This document shows, one piece after another, positions 12,101 through 25,378 of a stretch of DNA of 64,000 bases (positions within the stretch are counted from its first letter, which is position 1; each line of letters begins with the position of its first letter). The notes beneath the pieces were generated by a model that did no database searches, was not told the DNA's origin, and was given only the letters and a program-made list of their open reading frames with translations. The position numbers and the translations under genes are program-made. The stretch is from Eledone cirrhosa (Eukaryota): NCBI GenBank assembly GCA_964016885.1, contig OZ024746.1:8804001-8868000 (forward strand). The letters are read 5' to 3'.

Positions 12101-13346
12101 TGGACATCGCTTCCAGTATTTCCTTCAGTCTAGTACTAACCGAGTTCTGTTTATCGAATAAAGACGACTCTCTCATTGTCTGAAGGGGCGGGATATGACC
12201 CACACTTTTACACCAGTATAGACAAACACTCTCACATGTAAATATATATATATATACAGAATGAGGGGAGGGTTGGTTAACTCACACTTCCACACAAACA
12301 TATAGGTAGCTAGTAAGTTTCTATGGAAAGATGAAGAGGCAATTAAAATAAAGATATATACAGAGAAATACATATGTAAATAAAAAGGTAGATAATTAGT
12401 GATGTTTCGATAAATTGACAAAGTTAGTTCGGTTATCCGCTGCTATACTATTAAAGGTCTTCTGTTGAATGTTTACGTAAAAGGGGGAGGGTAAGTTAAG
12501 AGTGAGGATAGAGAATGAAAAATACCAAACATAAATGAAGAATAAATGAGTGTAAAAGATGCATTGTAAAAATAAAATAGACCTGGGGGGCTTCGCTGGC
12601 TGAATAACTAAAAATATACAAATAGATAATTGAAAAAATATACCACAACAGAACCTGTTAATAGTTTTTAATGTTTGCTTAAATATATTGATTATGTTTA
12701 ACAAACAAACAACGATATACAGTTTGACTATAGACAATGTTTATACTGATAGCTCGATGATTCTGCTTCCAGCTTGAAATGACAGCAAATCTTAAGTTTT
12801 TATGAAGGTACACAAGAGCGCACAAGAATTGAGATGTACTTTTGTGTCTGTGGATTTCTTTATGCTGGGATGAGATACTACAGTTTTCTTCTATCAATGC
12901 ACTTCCGTAGAACATGAAACTTGATTCAATAACAAACTCTTGCATATCCTGTAAATCTGGTGGCAAGACTTGATAGTTCAAAGTTATTTAGAGAATGGAG
13001 GTGGATGGCAAAACCTGTGTGAGAAAATAATCATGCAGTATAATAAAGAAACAATTTATAAGGGCGGGTGTTCGCTACGATAGATAGTCGGTAAATGTGA
13101 TGTTTGGAGGAATAGTGAGGAATAGTTGTGTGTTTTTACACTTCCCGAGCAAGGGCGTGGTGCGATAGCGATTTCTTGTTATGAGAAGTGTTTATATATT
13201 TTTTTAACTTTTGAAACACCCGTCTGATAGATGTCTAATAACCTCTGTCTGGTTCTATGCTGAATGAAAAGGTATACCCGCCATTAACAATTCACTTAAT
13301 GACCCATGTCTAGTTTGATAAAAATGAAATTATTCAACATTATTAA

Positions 13347-13535
13347 GGGCAGTGGATTGGCAGTATCGGAAGAGGATCGGACATGTTTTCCAGCATAGTT
13401 ACGTCCCTTTACGATCTGAGGTCAAATCCCGCCGAGGTTAACTTTGCCTTTCATCCTTACAGGTTTGATAAAATAAAGTAACAGTAATGCACTAGGTAAT
13501 TGCTGGCCTTGTACCAAAAGTAGAAACAATTATTA
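13347..13535 (+). mobile_element. SINE A
   Basis: Full family A motif set; attattaagggc is duplicated at the flanks. Confidence 0.88.
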
Positions 13536-13803
13536 AGGGCGAATACAGGAAACACAATTCTTTAAATGAATTCAAATTCAACAACTGTTTGTGAAAGTGT
13601 CGGATTATTTCTGTTCTGCACATCCCAGGTCAACGGTTGGTATTTAGCATTAAAACAGTTTCTGCCAAATACACAGGATGAAATCTTGGACCTGTGGACA
13701 TCCCGGAATGAAAGACTGTGTGCCATATTCAATGCAGGACTGATGAAAGTTTTATTTTGCAATAGCTAATAGAAAATAGTCAATGGGGGAACAACAGGAT
13801 ATT

Positions 13804-13975
13804 CGAGGTGTGTTGAAAAGTTCCTGGATTTGAGTAAAAGAAAATACAGGACCAATTAATTATGATTTTATTCATCAAATTTCCCTTCCCAGTTTTACAC
13901 GCTTATTGCAGCGGGCCTTCAGTTTTTCTAAGCCCCGTAAAAAGAACACGGAGGGTTGGGCCTTCAAGCAGGCCT
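13804..13975 (+). mobile_element. Mariner-type MITE, partial
   Basis: Starts cgaggtgtgttgaaaagttcctgg and is homologous to the reverse complement of 35482-35669. Confidence 0.75.
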
Positions 13976-14289
13976 GTGTAGCAGTGATCAGTTCCGAATC
14001 AGTGAGAAATTTCGTAATGTTGAAAGGCTTCAAGTACGCGACATGCTCCAGACAACGCTAACTCTAGTTAACATCTTCACATCAACTGACAAAAGTAGAA
14101 ATAATATCCATTAACATTGGCTGTTTGCAGCTCGATTTACACAGAAGCAATAAATGATTCTCAAAACCACGGGCAAAGTTGTTTGATATGCATCTATCTA
14201 TAACCAGAGCTAGATCTGGTCTCTGACAATACCCCCCTCTCTCTCTCTCTTTCTGACTGCCCCTCTTCAGCAATTGTAGTAATTGACGA

Positions 14290-14479
14290 TAATTGTTTCT
14301 ACTTTTGGCACAAGGCCAGCAATTACCCAGTGTATTACTGGTACTTTATTTTATCGACCCCGTAAGGATGAAAGGCAAAGTCAACCTCGGCGGGATTTGA
14401 ACTCAGAATGGCAAGGGCCGTAACTCTATGCGTCAAAGCATGGCGTCCGACCCTCTACCGATACTGCCAATCCATCGCC
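14290..14479 (-). mobile_element. SINE A with target-site duplication
   Basis: Full length; TSD agtaattgacgataat at 14278 and 14480. Confidence 0.92.
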
Positions 14480-14779
14480 AGTAATTGACGATAATGACCA
14501 CGAAGTCTATGGATAAAGGTGGCTGTTGCAATTAGAGAACCCTGTCTCTGTATTTTCTATGAAATATAAATATCTATCTGTATGGTGATGAACAAGTTCG
14601 AAACGTACGGTTCATGTATTAAAGTCTCTGTAGATTTTAATTCGTGGTAAATACAGGAATACTCCGCGTCTGAAAAACGCGCGCACACATACACACACGT
14701 TGTTTATACATACATACATACATACATACATACATACATACATACATACATACATACATACATACATACATACATACAT

Positions 14780-14834
<55 letters not shown>

Positions 14835-14846
14835 TATATATATATA

Positions 14847-15457
14847 TAAGTAAGTTAATTTAAAAAAAAAAAAATTTTTAAAGAAATTTTCTTATTTTAC
14901 GTCTTATATATTATTGTTCTGCATTCTCCTGCATTGAACCACCTAGGTACTATGACATAACCTGTGTACTTGCTGGCATTAGCGTACATCTGTGCGCTTA
15001 TGTTAGTAGATATATTAAATTATCTATATTTATCTCCAAATCACTGATTTGTCGAGCAAACCTGCCAAAACCACTTCTAAAAATTTTTTTTGGGGGTGTT
15101 AGTAGGCGTCTGTCATCTTACCATCCCATTCCTACTGACTAGCCTCTGTGTCACGTGATTGATTTTTTAGAATCGGCCATATGATCAGTGGCAGTGAGAA
15201 TTTTCAGTGGCTGGAATCCAGTCCTCGATAGCTGTTCCAGTTGCCGAATTATTATTATTTTTATATGAGTCCCCAGTGTCCGCGTATCGCCTGGAGACTC
15301 GGCTGAGAATGACCTCTCTGATGACGCAATGAAATTCTCAACAGTTCATTACGTAACTGTCTTTATCCCATTGCAGAAACTAATTAGTTGGAGTGAAAAT
15401 TTAAGTAAGTTAATTTAAAAAAAAAAATTTTTTTAAAGAAATTTTCTTATTTTACGT

Positions 15458-15465
<8 letters not shown>
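14847..15465 (+). mobile_element. (TA)n-flanked HHR-bearing element with ~64-bp terminal direct repeats (period 555)
   Basis: taagtaagttaattta...ttacgtcttatata occurs at 14847 and 15402; an HHR lies just before the second copy. Confidence 0.78.
15314..15393 (+). ncRNA. Type I hammerhead ribozyme, intact core
   Basis: ctct CTGATGA c gcaatg...cattgc a GAAA ctaattag TT|ggag, with palindromic stem III ACTAATTAGT. Confidence 0.8.
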
Positions 15466-15688
<223 letters not shown>

Positions 15689-16089
15689 TAAGTCTGGTAA
15701 ACCATATTACTGTAGTTAGTATTTTTCCACCCTAGCAAACCCAGTCCTTACGATTCGAACACATGTATGTTTATATTAGTGTTCATCTCTCTCTTGTTTA
15801 TTCAATTATATTGTACGGCTCGGAAAAGCTTTTTTCTTATAGCTATTTAATTGTAAGAGACTACTCTGTGTTCTTAGCTCAATATATATATATATATATA
15901 ATGAATCAAACATATCAAATATGTTTAGAATTTTGTCTTTCTCAATAAGGACGCTCAATAGACTTTGTCTAGAGCCGTAATAACCAAATAAATAGATACA
16001 TGTATATACAGATATATGTGCAATATATGCCTCTTTCTCTCTCTGTATATACATATATCTCTTTATTTGGTTATATATGTATGTATATA

Positions 16090-16266
<177 letters not shown>

Positions 16267-16267
16267 G

Positions 16268-16374
<107 letters not shown>

Positions 16375-16483
16375 TATGCAAATTATGCACTGTTGTCAGC
16401 TGCCAATTAAGTTGTCATTTTCTGGTTTGCTAATGTTTTTGCTTTTTCTGGGCATTTTTTTTATTTGTTCGAATTTGGTTTCT

Positions 16484-16934
16484 TGATGGGTGGAGGAAGA
16501 TCTCCCTCCTTGCACCTCTAGCTCGTGTACTTATGATGGGTAGAGGCAGATCTCCCTCCTGGGACCTCTATCTCGTGTTCTTATGATGGCTAGAGGCAGA
16601 TCTCCCTCCTGGGACCTCTAGCTCGTGTTCTTACGATGGGTGGGGGAAGATCTCCCTCCTTGCACCTCTAGCTCGTGTTCTTATGATGGGTAGAGGCAGA
16701 TCTCCCTCCTGGGACCTCTAGCTCGTGTTCTTATGATGGGTAGAGGCAGATCTCCCTCCTGGGACCTCTAGCTCGTGTTCTTATGATGGGTAGAGGCAGA
16801 TCTCCCTCCTGGGACCTCTAGCTCATGTTCCTATGATGGGTAGAGGCAGATCTCCCTCCTGGGACCTCTAGCTCGTGTTCTTATGATGGGTAGAGGCAGA
16901 TCTCCCTCATGGCACCTCTATCTCGTGCTCCTAT
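16484..16934. repeat. 50-bp minisatellite, 9 copies
   Basis: Unit tgatgggtagaggcagatctccctcctgggacctctagctcgtgttctta. Confidence 0.95.
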
Positions 16935-16941
16935 GCTTATA

Positions 16942-17070
16942 TAATTGTTTCTACTTTTGGTACAAGGCTAGCAATTACCCAGTACATTACTGGTACTTTA
17001 TTTCATCTACCCCGTAAGGATGAAAGGTAAAGTTAACCTTGGTGGGATTTGAACGAGGTTAACTTTGCCT
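16942..17070 (-). mobile_element. SINE A fragment with short inverted end
   Basis: Family A 3' half, then gaggttaactttgcct in the opposite orientation. Confidence 0.85.
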
Positions 17071-17927
17071 AGCAACAACAACAATAGTAGCATTGAGAAT
17101 TCTTTGAAAGCAATTTTACTTCAATAGCTGCAGTAACTATACTATTAAAGTGTTGTTTCATTTTTAATTGAACACAACAAATAAAAATAAAAACAGCAAA
17201 AAAACAAACAAACAAAATAAAACAAAAACCAAACAAAAATCAAATACACAAGGGACACATTTTCCTTGTAATTTGTTCCTAACGTTTCGTGTCACCGATG
17301 TTTAAAGCTTTATTCTGAAAGCTTTAAACAAAATAAATGAATAAATGATTTATCCAGCTAACGTTAGCCGTGTTTACACGTGCTTATGCTGCATGGTATG
17401 ATGTTTAGCAAATACTGTTTTGTTAGAGTCTTTTGTTACGTTATGGGTGGAACATTGTTTCATGGCTCTTTCTCTATTAATGTTTGTTTTGTATAAACAG
17501 AGCTGAAATGTTTTTCAGTTTGGTATTTGTAGAAGGTGGCATTTTCCCGTAAATTATTAAGCATCATTTTTGCAATATTCTATACTTTTAATTGTCACAC
17601 GTCATTTAGCAAGCAGTAGAGAACTCTCAACCAAGTAGTATATGTTGCAATTGGATATAGATTAAACATTTTTAAAAACTAAAATTAATGTTTAATTTCT
17701 GCTGATTGAAAGTTAAAAAAAAACGTAAGTGATTCTCCTTTTCTCATTCGTTAGCTCTCTCTTTCTTGCTAATTACACGGATACAAAGACCGGGACAAGG
17801 TAGAATGGTCTATTCGTTGTTACATGAACTCACCTTTTCTTCTGGAGACATTAGTTTATTTAGAGGCATACATGTCCTCAATGAAATTTTTAGAAACAAA
17901 TTATATATATATATATATATATATATA

Positions 17928-18168
17928 GTAATAATAATAAATTTGAAGACTAAAATCCAAAGAGGGCTCGATAAGGATAAATATATATCAAATATATAAG
18001 AAACATAGAGCAAATATTTATTAAAATAACAGATTAAAGTTTAAGCAAAGAATCGCTGCTTTCACCCTTAACGGAATCTTCTCAAGATCTTCTAAAGATC
18101 TTCTCAGAACATCCGTTAAGGGTGAAGTAGCGATTCTGTGCTTAAACTTTAATCTGTTATTTTAATAA

Positions 18169-18171
<3 letters not shown>
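17928..18171. mobile_element. Penelope-like hairpin cassette (F4)
   Basis: Arms about 18013-18075 and 18113-18171 are inverted, with the tail on the left. GAAAgca..tgcTT half-HHR. A collapsed copy lies at 30134-30218. Confidence 0.8.
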
Positions 18172-18249
<78 letters not shown>

Positions 18250-18363
18250 CCTAGTCCTAACACTTTGTACTGCACTCTTCGTTTTGTTTTGTTTTTTGTT
18301 TTACTTATATATATATATATATATTTATTAAAATAACAGATTAAAGTTTAAGCAGGAAGAGGG

Positions 18364-18399
18364 TCTTAACGTTTCGGACGCTGGTTCTTCATCAGAAGA
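18364..18399 (-). ncRNA. Minimal Penelope-type hammerhead ribozyme
   Basis: tctt CTGATGA agaaccagcgtcc GAAA cg TT|aaga, with the GAAACGTT palindromic stem III and a weak stem II. Confidence 0.72.
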
Positions 18400-18472
18400 A
18401 AGAATGAGAAATAAGATCGATTGAGGGGACGGGCGAGTTGGAATTGGAAAAAAAGTGTCTTATATATATATA

Positions 18473-18770
18473 TATATAATGTGGAAAGTGATATATGTTA
18501 GAAGACTACACAATGTAAAATGGGCAACGAAAATGTTAATTATCTGGTGATTATTGGTTTTCTCGTTTCTTTCGACAAAAAAAGGATTATTAACTTTTTC
18601 GCTGCCTTCATCTTATCGTCCATTTTGCATTGTTTAGCCTTCTTACATATATCACTTTCCACATTATATATTATATACAATGCTTCACACAAACTATATT
18701 TAATATTATATACGTTTTATACATCATTCTACATGCAATTTTGTTGTGTCTGTGTATTTCGATTGTAGTT
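18473..18770. mobile_element. Diverged hairpin cassette of the same architecture
   Basis: 18473-18525 is inverted relative to 18618-18670; it starts at a (TA)n run. Confidence 0.6.
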
Positions 18771-19399
18771 TAGTTACCTTTCATATTATTACGTTTTAGA
18801 GATTTCTAGTTTGCTCCTTTATATTTAGATGTATTCTTTAACATATTTAAGATCCTATAGTGTATCTGATACGTGGATAGGGCTATTATATTTCTTGCAC
18901 CATTAGTGTTTACAGTGAATGCTTCTCGAGGAGTCATAGAATTCAGCTAAGTAGAATACGACCCAATAAAAGGCGCGTTGTTAAATCACCGCTTTACGTA
19001 AAACCTTTAATTTTCATGCAAATGTTACGCCGTATCAATAAAATGTAACATAACCACTGAGTTGGGAATAGAATAAAAACGTTAAACTGCCGAATTTAAA
19101 GTAATAAAATTACAGTTACTTCAGCTATAAATTATAAATAGATGGGTGATGTAATTACTCCAATCTCAGATAGCACGTGAAGTGTAACGGAGAAAATTTA
19201 ATATTTTGATCTTAAAGGAAACATTTAAGGAGTTATAAGCTAACATCTGTAAAAATAATGTATCATACATGCTAACATAATCCACACAGAAGATCAACAG
19301 GAATTCTATTTCAAACAATATTATTTCAAATTATGATTCTTTAGAACAATTCTGAAATATTCTGTCTTCAGCACATTGTTATTATTAATTTCGGGGTTA

Positions 19400-20195
19400 G
19401 GGCGGTGGATTGGCAGTATCGGTAGAGCGCCGAACACAATGCTTCTGAGTTCAAATCCGAGGTTAGCTTTGCCTGTCACCATTACGGGGTAGATATAATA
19501 AAGTACCAGTCACGCACTGGGGTTCATTTAATCGAATTTCCCCTCCCTCAAAATTGCTACCCTTGTGCCTATATAAGAAACCATTATTAAGTTCATGGTT
19601 AGGGCGGTGGATTGGCAGTATCGGTAGAGCTCCAGGCACAATGCTTCTGAGTTCAAATCCCGCCGAGGTTAGCTTTGCCTTTCATCGTTACGGAGTAGAT
19701 ATAATAAAGTACCAGTAATGCACTAGAGTCGATTTAATCGATTTTCCTCTTCCCACCAAATTGTTGGCCTTGTGCCTAAATCAGAAACCATTATCAATTC
19801 CATCCAGAGTTATGTCCGTTTCACAAGCAGCTTCATCTGTGATGGAGGTTTGAGACTGACCAGATTATATCGTGGAAGAATCATATTTAACCTTTAAGAA
19901 TATACAAATGCGTCTACACTCATTGTACTCTACTTTTTGAATAATTGTTTCTACTTTTGGCACAAAGCCAGCAATTATTCCAGTTTATTACTATTACTTT
20001 ATTTTATCGACCCCGTAATCATGAAAGGCAAAGTTAACCTCGGCGGGATTTGAACTCAGAATGGCTTTTTAAATAATTGTTTCTACTTTTGGCACAAGGC
20101 CAGAAATTACCCAGTGCATTACTGGTACTTTATTTTATCGACCCCGTAAGGATGAAAGGTAAAGTTAACCTCGGCGGGATTTGAACTCAGAATGA
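19400..20195. mobile_element. SINE A cluster: two + copies (19400-19795) and two - fragments (19941-20195)
   Basis: Family A motifs in each copy. Confidence 0.88.
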
Positions 20196-20944
20196 ATAAT
20201 ACCCTATAATGAGTCTTCAAAATGTTCATCCCACATCTGATCACTGACACAATTGTTGATGCTCTGCAAGTGTGTCAGTGATCAGTTTATGGAACTGCAG
20301 CTTTCTAGTAGACAATGAAGGAAAAATAAATAAAACAGATTTTGAGCATTCTTAAATGGCTAAAATGTAACGACAACAATGTAATAATTGTCTATTAAAC
20401 ATTCTGCAAGAATAACAAACAATACAAGAAATTAAAGAAAGTTATACCCAACTAACAAAAATCGATTGTATGAACGTCACGTGGGAAATTTTAATTCATG
20501 ACGCTGTTATAATGATAATATAAGTGACCATATTGAATATATGCATAGAAGATGATTGACATAGTTTTCACTGGCTGTTCTTTCCTGAGATTCCTTGTTA
20601 ATTATCGGTTGTTTATTTTGATCAGAATACAGATAGTTTTGCTATTGCTGACTTAGACAACTGCTCTGTTGCTCAGCTTCCATAATGAATGTTTTGTATT
20701 CCGAACCATGCCAGACAGCCACTATGTCTGACAGTAGTCAGGAAGTACCATACGAATTCCTCCTCAAATAAACCAATTAATAAAGGCGTGCTCAAATATT
20801 TAGAGAAAATCTTAAGACGAATCTGTTTAAGAGTGACATAAGAATTGGTTGTTTTAAGTACAACCAGTTGAACAGTTGAAATATGGACCCATTTCAAAGA
20901 AACCTGAGATTCAGCATATTGATGATGATGATGATGTGAAAAAT

Positions 20945-21368
20945 AATAATTGTTTCTATATTCGACACAAGGCCAGCAATTTAAAAGGAATGGAAAAGCG
21001 ATTAAATCGACCCCAGTGCGTTATTGCTACTGTATTTTGTCGACCCTGTAAGGATGAAAGACCAAGTTAACCTCAGTGGAATTTGAATACAGAACATAAA
21101 TGACTGAACTATATACCGCAAAGTATGTTGTAGCATCGTAATGATGAATATATCCGACTGACGTGGGGTGCTCTTTCCTGCTTACACCTATATCAGTGAG
21201 ACGTCGCAACGCAACTCTTATGGATAAGTATTTCAGTAATTAGGATTTCTCTCTCCCCCTATTTCTTTCTCTACCTCTCCTTCTTTCTTTCTCTCCCTCT
21301 CTCTCTCTATATATATATGTGTGTGTCTGTGTGTGTGATATGTGTGTGTGTTTGTGTGCGTGTGTGTT

Positions 21369-21409
<41 letters not shown>

Positions 21410-21658
21410 ATCGAATTCCGGATAATCAACAATCTACGTCATTCGGTTCTCATTCTCTAACATTTAAAATAATTGTTTCTACTTTAGGCACAAGGCCAGC
21501 AATTACCCCAGTGCATTACTGGTACTTTATTTTATCGACCCCGTAAGGATGAAAGGCAAAGTCAACCTCGGCGGGATTTGAACTCAGATCGTAAAGGGAC
21601 GTAACTATGCTGGAAAGCATGGCGTCCGACCCTCTACCGATACTGCCAATCCACCGCC
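20945..21658 (-). mobile_element. Two SINE A copies (20945-21140 diverged; 21468-21658 young)
   Basis: The young copy has TSD ctctaacatttaaaataa. Confidence 0.88.
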
Positions 21659-21676
21659 CTCTAACATTTAAAATAA

Positions 21677-21751
21677 CGTCCGATGAAGATGTATGCGGAT
21701 TTAGATATTCTTACGTAAGAAGTGGCTGGCGTCTCTGAAATATAAATAACG
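21677..21751 (+). ncRNA. Degenerate hammerhead-like motif
   Basis: cgt CCGATGA agatg...cgtctct GAAA tataaa TA|acg, with a core U>C change and short stems. Confidence 0.45.
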
Positions 21752-21961
21752 GCTGTTATTCAATAAGTTGAAGAATAAAAAAGTATAACTGTGTCTTCAT
21801 ATATACTAACAGACCAATAATCCGGTTCGTACAATATACATGATCCCATATCTTACGTTTGTAGGTGCGTCTGACGCCAAGTGCTTAAGCCTGATTACAC
21901 CCTGATTTATTGATTGTAGTGAAAACATGCAAAACTGCCAATTTGAAATTAAGACAAAGAC

Positions 21962-22119
<158 letters not shown>

Positions 22120-22387
22120 TATGTCTGTATTATAATTATTTTTGCCATCTGGTTCAGTTCTAACGGTCAGCAGCACGTGGTTGTCGAAGCGGTAAGAGCT
22201 CAGCCGCAGGGCAGAAAACCATTATTATACCTACCTTCTACTTTCTTCCCGAACATTGCCCATTCTCTACCCTGGTTACACCAATCATAGGCACTAGACA
22301 TTCTGTAATATATGGACTCGTTGTTTTAAAAACATTAACACTGGAATTATGTACGCATAAAATTCAACAGTTATTACGCACTTACAG

Positions 22388-22868
22388 GGCGGTCGATTAG
22401 CAGGATCAATAGAACGTCGGAAACCATGCTTCGTGGCATAGTTACGTCCCTTTATATTCTGAGTTCAAATCCCATCGAGGTTAGCTTAGCCTTTCATCCT
22501 TACGAGGTCGATAAAATAAAGTACCAGTCACGCACTGGAGTCGATTTAATCAAAGTCCTTCTCATAGCTTAGTGGTTAGAGCATTGGGCTTGCAAGCGAA
22601 AAGTTGTGCGTTCAATTCTCGGACCGGGTGATGTGTTGTTTCCTTCAGCAAGACACTTTATTTCACGTTGCTCCAGTTTACTCAGCTGTAGAAATGAGAT
22701 GACTGGGGTCCCTATCATTAAATTACCCAAGACACCTCCAACGAGATATACCTTGGAGGAGGCCAGCTAAACCTGCATAGGTGTGAGCTGTCACACACAA
22801 CACACACACACAACACACATTCCTCCACAAATAATTGCTGGCCTTGTGCCTAAATCAGAAACCATTAT
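22388..22868 (+). mobile_element. SINE A interrupted by a nested SINE B (22566-22800)
   Basis: SINE A head and core, then SINE B with (CA)n, then the SINE A tail; outer TSD ttattacgcactta. Confidence 0.9.
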
Positions 22869-25109
22869 TACGCACTTATATTCTTTTGATATTTTATATA
22901 ATTTTTCCAATAATTCTCACCCTCCTTAATCAATCTCACCGCTGCTTTCCCTGCATCTACAAACTTATAATCTTCTGTTACTTATACCCACATAATTAAA
23001 CTTGTTTTACTACTACAGTCTATGATTTATTGTTTGTTTCTCCCGTTATTTAACCCCTGGGTCATGAGAAACATTACCATTTAAACTTTACTAATGTAAA
23101 AAAAAGAAAATGCAATATATATATATATATATATATACAAACCTAATTCTAATTGAATTAGTAATTTTATCATGTGTTTTGTTCATAGGTTCAGGGGGCT
23201 ATGTCTGCGCCTGAAATTTACAGAAGCGTACCAAGATGATGAGATTAAGGTATGTGGTAGAAAACTGAGAAAATCTGTTTTCTGACTCTCATAGAATACA
23301 CACACTGTCTTTCTTTTCCACTCCCCCCGCCCCTCTCTCTCTTCCTCTTCTTACACATATACACAAATCGCACCTCTAAGACAACAGAGGTCAGTAAGCA
23401 ATGCACGGTTTAAACTGAAAAAAGACCATATAATAATATATTTTCTAACACATCAGGCGATTTAGGACGATTAGTTTCGGATACGTGACTTAATAACTAA
23501 TGTTTTCCGGTGAGTTTAGCGAAGGATAGTTAGTTCAAATGTCTTTATTTACTTATCCGTCTGCACAATCGCCACGTGTTCGAATTACATTATGTCGGAT
23601 AATTTTTTCTTCTGTAAAGACCCGTGCTAGGGTATATTTATCCATCACTAGCCAGCCTATTGATTCTAGTTCTAGAGCTAATCACGGATTTTATAAATCC
23701 CAGAAGTTCACAGAAATATAAAAAAAAAATAATATATACATCTAAGTAATGATTGAAAATCTATTTATGAATTTAGTTTTATTCAATTTACTTCGTTGCA
23801 GCACGCTCGGATATAATTGTAAAATTGATGATGGATTATTGTTGTTGAATGAAAGCACACTTTTGGATGAAGTCAATGGGTGAGTAGTGAGTAAGAGTGT
23901 GGGATAGATATTAATTGAAGTCTTGCCAATAATTTGGATCCACTTCTCAATCGAGGTCAAACTGTTTTTATGTTTCGTGACTGAAAACAAAAGCAATTCA
24001 GCTTCAGCGAGATTTATATTTGTTAAATTCAATATTATTTCTTGGCAGCTGACTGATGATGCTATATTTTAGTTGAGAATATAAAAAATTATAAAATAAA
24101 ATAAATATCACTGGGGATATCTACAATAATCTTTTGGCTTCTGTGAGGTGAGTTTATAGGTCAGAGAACATGTGAACTTTTGTGAAAATATGCTGTAAAA
24201 GACGTGCTATTTCGACGCCATGTTATTTTGGAGCAGAATAATGACGATGATTCTTAAAGACTGTAAACATTATCTTTTCCCAAACCGGATAGTTATTTGA
24301 AATATTCATAGCAGGCGAGGTTGGTGCTCCATTTACCTCTTGGCTCTGAAAACGATAACGTGAATTATCGCAATATACTTTGCTAGCTTACCTATGCAAA
24401 AAATGAAAGGTGTTTATAATTAATTAATACATAATTACGATGCCAGATTTCATTGTTTTATAGTAAAGACTTCCCATAGGCTGAAACGTTCTCACACTAC
24501 ATTCCTATTTTAATTAATTGTTTCGTCAGCATTTCATTTTTGTTTCATTTCCCGTCTTAAATATGGTGAGCTGAAATCAATTACAGAACGTTCATATATG
24601 AGGCTTCAGATAATAATTAACAAACTAAGTATTTTCCCACTTACAAATCTTCAATTTCTAACCGGTTATGATTCTGTTGGTTGATATCTCAGAAACTTTC
24701 GTATGAATTAAGCTCACCATACACAAAACAAAAGATATTCTCCTCCTCAAATACATAACGAAGATGTAGAAATGAAGTTCAATATAGAAACATAAAGAGG
24801 AAATTTACAAACGTTAGTTTGTAACAGGATATTCACTGAAGTAAACAGAAAAAATTACAGAAGCCAACTTATTACATATTGCTTGCAAATACGAATAAGG
24901 TAAAACGCAGATAACAAAAGATTACTAATTATTAAAGGAAACAGTAATAAAAAAGTGATTCGTTGCGTTGAAAAGCTGCACATATCACATTTAATTAAAC
25001 TCTCCCACTTTAAATACATTTATAGTAAAACAACATTTTTAGAAAATTGGTTTCGAAGAAGGGCAGCGCTCAACATCTCAAGCGTCTAAAATAATCAATA
25101 TCTGGAAAA

Positions 25110-25378
25110 ATGACAGTGCCCATGACAGTGCCCATGACAGTGCCCATGACAGTGCCCATGACAGTGCCCATGACAGTGCCCATGACAGTGCCCATGACAG
25201 TGCCCATGACAGTGCCCATGACAGTGCCCATGACAGTGCCCATGACAGTGCCCATGACAGTGCCCATGACAGTGCCCATGACAGTGCCCATGACAGTGCC
25301 CATGACAGTGCCCATGACAGTGCCCATGACAGTGCCCATGACAGTGCCCATGACAGTGCCCATGACAGTGCCCATGAC
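25110..25378. repeat. Perfect 12-bp tandem repeat (ATGACAGTGCCC) x22.4
   Basis: Directly visible with no mismatches. Confidence 0.97.

Noticed and set aside
8951-13015. ORFs 8951-9199, 10324-10512 and 12679-12981 as host exons
   Set aside because: No recognisable domain and no consistent splice phase chain.
13740-13826. CTGATGA at 13740 as a hammerhead
   Set aside because: No consistent stem I or II; the downstream GAAA belongs to the MITE TIR.
14582-14610. GTGATGAacaagttcGAAACGTA minimal HHR
   Set aside because: The core C is replaced by G and stem I is only 2 bp; it cannot be distinguished from chance.
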